Shown here in pieces: positions 60,231 to 64,000 of a stretch of DNA of 64,000 nt (positions are counted from its first letter, which is position 1; the number at the start of each line of letters is the position of its first letter). Below the pieces are notes generated by a model. The model made no database searches and had not been told where the DNA came from. It saw only the letters and a list, made by a program, of their open reading frames with translations. Origin of the DNA: an uncultured Actinomycetota bacterium (lineage in GTDB: Bacteria; Actinomycetota; Actinomycetes; Mycobacteriales; Jatrophihabitantaceae); contig CAWDGB010000009.1 in NCBI GenBank assembly GCA_963801715.1, positions 106,233 through 170,232 on the forward strand. The letters are read 5' to 3'. A program made the translations under genes and the position numbers.

Positions 60231-60930
60231 CCCGACGCGTGCCCGCACCGACAAGCTGCTGAACGAGCTCGTCGAAGTGGTGGAGACCGCCCGGACAGTA
60301 CCGATGTCAGCATCCTGCGTCGTGCCGCGCGAGCACGTGCTGGATCTACTCGACGCGCTGCGCGAGGCCCTTCCACCGGAGCTGGACGCTGCGCACCGCG
60401 TCCTTGCTCGCCGTGACGCGCTGCTGGCCGAAGCCACGGAATCTGCCGCGCGAACCCGCGGCGAGGCCGAAGACGCCGCGGGGCAGATCCGCGATCAGGC
60501 CGGAACGCAGGCCGATGCAATCCTCGCGGACGCCAGGCACCAGGCCGGGGAGGTCGTGCGCGCAGCCGAGGCCGAGGCGTACCGCACCGTCGAGTCGGCC
60601 CGGGAGGAGCATGCGTCCCTCGTGTCGGCGACAACCGTGCACCGGAATGCACAGGACGCTGCGGCCCGCCTGCGTTCCGAGGCAGATGACTACGCGGATG
60701 CCACGCGGGCCGCGGCCGACCGGTATGCGGTCGCTCTCCGGGCGGACTCCGAGGGCTACGCCGACCGGACGCTACTCGACCTCATGGCCGTGCTACGGCA
60801 GGCGGTAGCGAGCGCCGCGGAGGGCCGCCGGGCACTCGCCACACGACGGACCGAGTCCAGCCAGCGACCACCGACTGGCGCCGAACAGCCAGCTGGGGAA
60901 CCCGACGCGGCAGGCCGAGCTCGCGCGTGA
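60223..60930 (+). CDS. conserved Ala/Arg/Glu-rich coiled-coil protein (DivIVA/ATP-synthase-b-like repeats)
   Basis: 235 aa: ...VPMSASCVVPREHVLDLLDALREALPPEL..., then long helical repeats. It overlaps the coaD stop by 8 nt. Confidence 0.55.
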   Translation: MTDPTRARTDKLLNELVEVVETARTVPMSASCVVPREHVLDLLDALREALPPELDAAHRVLARRDALLAEATESAARTRGEAEDAAGQIRDQAGTQADAILADARHQAGEVVRAAEAEAYRTVESAREEHASLVSATTVHRNAQDAAARLRSEADDYADATRAAADRYAVALRADSEGYADRTLLDLMAVLRQAVASAAEGRRALATRRTESSQRPPTGAEQPAGEPDAAGRARA

Positions 60931-60974
60931 GCTAGAATCGGAATGACCTCCACCAGATCGACGCTTTTCTTGTC

Positions 60975-61574
60975 ATGCCCGTGAAGCCATCACGCATACT
61001 GCATCGCACCGCCCGAAACCCGTTCGTCCTGGACACGCGGGAACTCGGCCGTCGGCCCGGCACGATGCGGACCGTGCGTCGTGAGATCGCGGCTCCGGCG
61101 GATTTGCGATCGGACCTGGTGGGTGTGCCGGACGGCGCTCCGCTCATACTCGACCTGCGGTTGGAGTCCGTCACCGAAGGCGTGCTCGTCACGGGCACGG
61201 TGACGGTGCCGACCGAAGGCGAGTGCGGCCGGTGCCTCGAGCCGGTGACGACCGAACTGGTTGTCGACGTGTGCGAGCTGTTCGCTTACCCGGACAGCGT
61301 CACGGACGAGACTGCCGGAGAGGACGAGGTCGACCGGATCGTCGGCGATCTCATCGACGTCGAGCCGGTAGTGCACGATGCGGTGGTGCTGGGGCTTCCC
61401 GTCACCCCGCTGTGCCGGGCGGACTGCGCCGGGCTATGCCCTGACTGTGGGCAACGGCTCGACGATCTGCCCACCGGGCACACGCATGACAAGATCGACC
61501 CGCGTTGGGCCGGGCTGGCGGACCTCCTGCAGCCCGCTCCCGCCATCACCACCGAAACCGGAAGTCAGGAGTAG
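60975..61574 (+). CDS. YceD family (DUF177) protein
   Basis: ...[14 protein letters not shown]...GECGRCLEP...[15 protein letters not shown]; immediately upstream of rpmF, as is usual. Confidence 0.85.
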   Translation: MPVKPSRILHRTARNPFVLDTRELGRRPGTMRTVRREIAAPADLRSDLVGVPDGAPLILDLRLESVTEGVLVTGTVTVPTEGECGRCLEPVTTELVVDVCELFAYPDSVTDETAGEDEVDRIVGDLIDVEPVVHDAVVLGLPVTPLCRADCAGLCPDCGQRLDDLPTGHTHDKIDPRWAGLADLLQPAPAITTETGSQE

Positions 61575-61580
61575 ATCACC

Positions 61581-61760
61581 GTGGCCGTTCCCAAGCGGAG
61601 GACCTCGCGCAGCAACACCCGCTCCCGGCGGTCGCACTGGAAAACGAGCGCCCCGACGCTGGTGCCCTGCCCGAACCGAGCCTGCGGCCAGCCCAAGCTC
61701 CCACACACCGCCTGCTCGAATTGCGGGCAATACGATGGCAGGCAGGTGCTGGCCGTCTGA
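61581..61760 (+). CDS. rpmF: 50S ribosomal protein L32
   Basis: Own translation (59 aa, absent from the ORF track): [59 protein letters not shown]. Confidence 0.9.
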   Translation: MAVPKRRTSRSNTRSRRSHWKTSAPTLVPCPNRACGQPKLPHTACSNCGQYDGRQVLAV

Positions 61761-61765
61761 CGTCG

Positions 61766-62515
61766 ATGCGGACGAGCCCCCCGACGCCGGCCGATCCTGC
61801 CATCCTCGCCGATCGGCTCGGCGTCAAGGTCGATGCCGAGCTGTTTGAGCGTGCCCTCACCCACCGGTCCTACGCCTACGAGCACGGCGGTCTACCGCAC
61901 AACGAACGCCTGGAATTCCTGGGCGATTCGGTGCTCGGCGTCGTCATCACCGAGGCGCTCTATCGGACCCATCCCGATCTGCCGGAGGGCAAGCTCGCCA
62001 AGCTGCGGGCGTCGGTCGTCAACATGCGCGCCCTCGCTGAGGTCGCGCAAGGCATCGGCGGCGAGGACGGACTCGGCGCTTATGTTCGGCTCGGCCGGGG
62101 CGAAGAGGCGACCGGCGGGAGAAGCAAGGCGAGCATTCTCGCCGACACGCTAGAGGCCGTGATCGGGGCGGTCTACCTGGAGCACGGGCTAGTCCTCACC
62201 CAACAGGTCATTCATGATCTGTTCGACCCGATGCTCGAAGCCGTTGCCAACAACGGTGCGGGACTGGATTGGAAGACCAGCCTGCAGGAGTTGACCGCCG
62301 AGCTCGGCCTGGGCGTTCCCGAGTACGTGATCACCTATGTCGGTCCGGATCACGCGCGAACGTTCACCGCGCGGGCCTCGGTCAACGGCGAGATGTTCGA
62401 CCCGTGCGAGGGCCGCAACAAGAAGGAAGCCGAACAGGCCGCGGCCGCAACGGCGTGGACGATGCTCAACGCGCGGGCCGCTGAGGCTGCGCCCGACGAC
62501 GCATCGCCGTCCTGA
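61766..62515 (+). CDS. rnc: ribonuclease III
   Basis: ATG 61766 gives ...[10 protein letters not shown]...[13 protein letters not shown] (signature)...[15 protein letters not shown], then a dsRBD (DWKTSLQE...GPDHARTF). Confidence 0.95.
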   Translation: MRTSPPTPADPAILADRLGVKVDAELFERALTHRSYAYEHGGLPHNERLEFLGDSVLGVVITEALYRTHPDLPEGKLAKLRASVVNMRALAEVAQGIGGEDGLGAYVRLGRGEEATGGRSKASILADTLEAVIGAVYLEHGLVLTQQVIHDLFDPMLEAVANNGAGLDWKTSLQELTAELGLGVPEYVITYVGPDHARTFTARASVNGEMFDPCEGRNKKEAEQAAAATAWTMLNARAAEAAPDDASPS

Positions 62516-62521
62516 CTATGC

Positions 62522-63529
62522 ATGCCGGAACTTCCTGAAGTAGAGACCGTTCGGGCCGGGCTCGACCGATTCGTCGTCGGCCGCACGATCACCGCAGTCG
62601 AGGTTCGGCATCCCCGTTCGGTGCGCAGGCATCTGGCTGGCCAAGCGGATCTTGTCGCCCGGCTGACCGGTGCCCGGCTCCTATCGGCGCGTCGTCGGGG
62701 CAAGTACCTCTGGCTCCCGCTGTCTTTCGGTGTTGAGGCCGAGGCTGATCAATGCTTGGTCGGACACCTCGGGATGAGCGGCCAGTTCCTCGTCGCGCCG
62801 GTCGCGACGCCAGATCAACGGCATCTGCACATCCGGCTGAGCTTCGGCGACGACGGCCCTGAGCTCCGATTCGTCGACCAGCGCACCTTCGGCGGCGTGC
62901 TGGTCGACGATCTGGTGCCTTGCGCCGACGTGCCGGGTGACACCGTGCCGGCCCGGATCAGCCACATCGCGCGCGACCCGCTCGACCATTCGTTCGACGA
63001 GGGCGCGCTCATTGCCCGGATCCGAAACCGGAGTACGACGATCAAGCGAGCCTTGCTCGACCAGTCTCTGGTGTCCGGAATCGGCAACATCTATGCCGAC
63101 GAGTCACTGTGGCGAGCCCGGCTGCACGGAGCGCGCCGGACCGCCGCGTTGTCCCGGCCGCGACTGCGTGGTCTGCTCTTCGACGTCCGGACCGTCCTGG
63201 CCGAGGCCGTCGCAGCAGGGGGCACGTCATTCGACGCCCTTTACGTCAACGTGAATGGACAAAGCGGATATTTCTCTCGAACGCTCGCAGTTTACGGCCG
63301 GGCGGGACTGCCCTGCCTTCGGTGCGGAACCGCGGTGCGCCGGGTCGCGTTCATGAACCGGTCCAGCTACTTCTGCCCACGTTGCCAGCGGCCTCCGGCG
63401 CCTGTGATCACCCCATGGGTCCGGTGTGGGAGAGTTGACCAGCCGTTACCTCGGTGCGACCATGGAGGGACCTGCAGCGAGGCCCATCGCTCGTCAGAGT
63501 GTCCAGATCCTGGTCAACCTGCCGGATGA
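62522..63529 (+). CDS. mutM: formamidopyrimidine-DNA glycosylase (Fpg/MutM) with unusually long C-terminal tail
   Basis: [14 protein letters not shown]...HLGMSGQF...[13 protein letters not shown]...zinc finger CLRCG...FCPRCQ, then about 45 extra residues before the stop. Confidence 0.9.
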   Translation: MPELPEVETVRAGLDRFVVGRTITAVEVRHPRSVRRHLAGQADLVARLTGARLLSARRRGKYLWLPLSFGVEAEADQCLVGHLGMSGQFLVAPVATPDQRHLHIRLSFGDDGPELRFVDQRTFGGVLVDDLVPCADVPGDTVPARISHIARDPLDHSFDEGALIARIRNRSTTIKRALLDQSLVSGIGNIYADESLWRARLHGARRTAALSRPRLRGLLFDVRTVLAEAVAAGGTSFDALYVNVNGQSGYFSRTLAVYGRAGLPCLRCGTAVRRVAFMNRSSYFCPRCQRPPAPVITPWVRCGRVDQPLPRCDHGGTCSEAHRSSECPDPGQPAG

Positions 63530-63623
63530 TTCGTTGCGCACGGACAACCCAGTCGGTGGGTCGACAGCGTGAGAACCTGTGCACGCTCGGACACCGGCCT
63601 GTTGAGGCGAAAGGTCGCTATAT

Positions 63624-63812
63624 ATGGCACGCGCCCTGGTGGGGTACATCGGCAGCGGGTCGGAACACGCTCTTAGTCTCGAGGTACTCCGGTTGCGCCG
63701 GCGCGTCGCCGAACTCGAGAACGAGCTCGCCGATCTGCGCTCCAGCTCCAACCCGGTACTCGAGCTGGAACTGCACGAACTCGCCGAAACCGCGCATCCC
63801 GCCCTGGCCTGA
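63624..63812 (+). CDS. hypothetical small coiled-coil protein
   Basis: MARALVGYIGSGSEHALSLEVLRLRRRVAELENELADLRSS... (62 aa). It lies between fpg and smc. The family is not confidently recognised. Confidence 0.4.
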   Translation: MARALVGYIGSGSEHALSLEVLRLRRRVAELENELADLRSSSNPVLELELHELAETAHPALA

Positions 63813-63966
63813 CTGCTGACCGACTTGCCGCCGGCTTCGGCAGAGCCGAGCGGCTAATTTTCGCGTGTCCGTCGGCTCGGCACACCGACGTCGAGCTTCG
63901 CGCGCGCTAGTGTCCCGTGAACGAATCGCTGCGCCAGGAGCGCGCACTTGCCCCCCCGGGAGATTT

Positions 63967-64000
63967 GTGCACCTGAAGTCGCTGACGCTCAAGGGATTCA
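63967..64000 (+). CDS. smc: chromosome segregation protein SMC, first 11 codons only
   Basis: GTG 63967 gives VHLKSLTLKGF, the canonical SMC N-terminus. It runs off the window. Confidence 0.65.
   Translation, partial: MHLKSLTLKGF

Noticed and set aside
1-64000. Search for CRISPR arrays, toxin-antitoxin pairs, restriction-modification, abortive-infection or other defence islands, prophage genes and secondary-metabolite clusters.
   Set aside because: I saw no regularly spaced direct repeats and no nuclease, ATPase or methylase combinations. The only mobile DNA is the IS3 element and one transposase stump. The gene content is ordinary core or accessory metabolism.

Overview
GC-rich actinobacterial chromosomal segment. 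This is shown by strong G/C third-position bias with Arg/Pro-rich shadow ORFs, a HupB with a Lys/Ala/Pro tail, and several F420-linked enzymes. About 40.8-64 kb is a conserved housekeeping block. Its gene order matches the Mycobacterium tuberculosis Rv2989-Rv2922c neighbourhood (from memory, not searched): IclR regulator, leuC-leuD, hupB, mutT1, ppk1, fbiD, acyltransferase-gpsA-ddl, DUF3515, small Lrp-like protein, thiL, rpmB, DAK2-recG-rsmD-coaD, yceD-rpmF-rnc-fpg, smc start. The left and middle parts carry accessory functions. These include a sugar-related ROK/Gfo cluster, an IS3-family element beside an older IS remnant, a CDF transporter, a GH3 beta-glucosidase, and a six-gene Asp23/DUF2273/DUF6286/AmaP envelope-stress operon with a sigma-B/F-like promoter. 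There is also a PP2C phosphatase, a FAD-oxidoreductase/Zn-ADH pair, DUF389, a Na+/H+ antiporter, dodecin, and a lipid/beta-oxidation set (enoyl-CoA hydratase, SDRs, CaiB/Mcr-like, TesB, EtfAB, HADH, thiolase) with pckG. I found no rRNA, tRNA, CRISPR array or recognisable defence or other clearly novel multi-gene system. Two things stand out. (1) A 786-bp ArsR plus truncated-SRPBCC fragment is bracketed by two copies of the thiL 3' end. (2) At least 13 otherwise conserved genes carry a single-base frame break, mostly consistent with one extra base. This looks more like consensus indel error than decay, and it affects how every ORF call here should be read. All protein-family calls come from my own reading of the translations; no database search was run.
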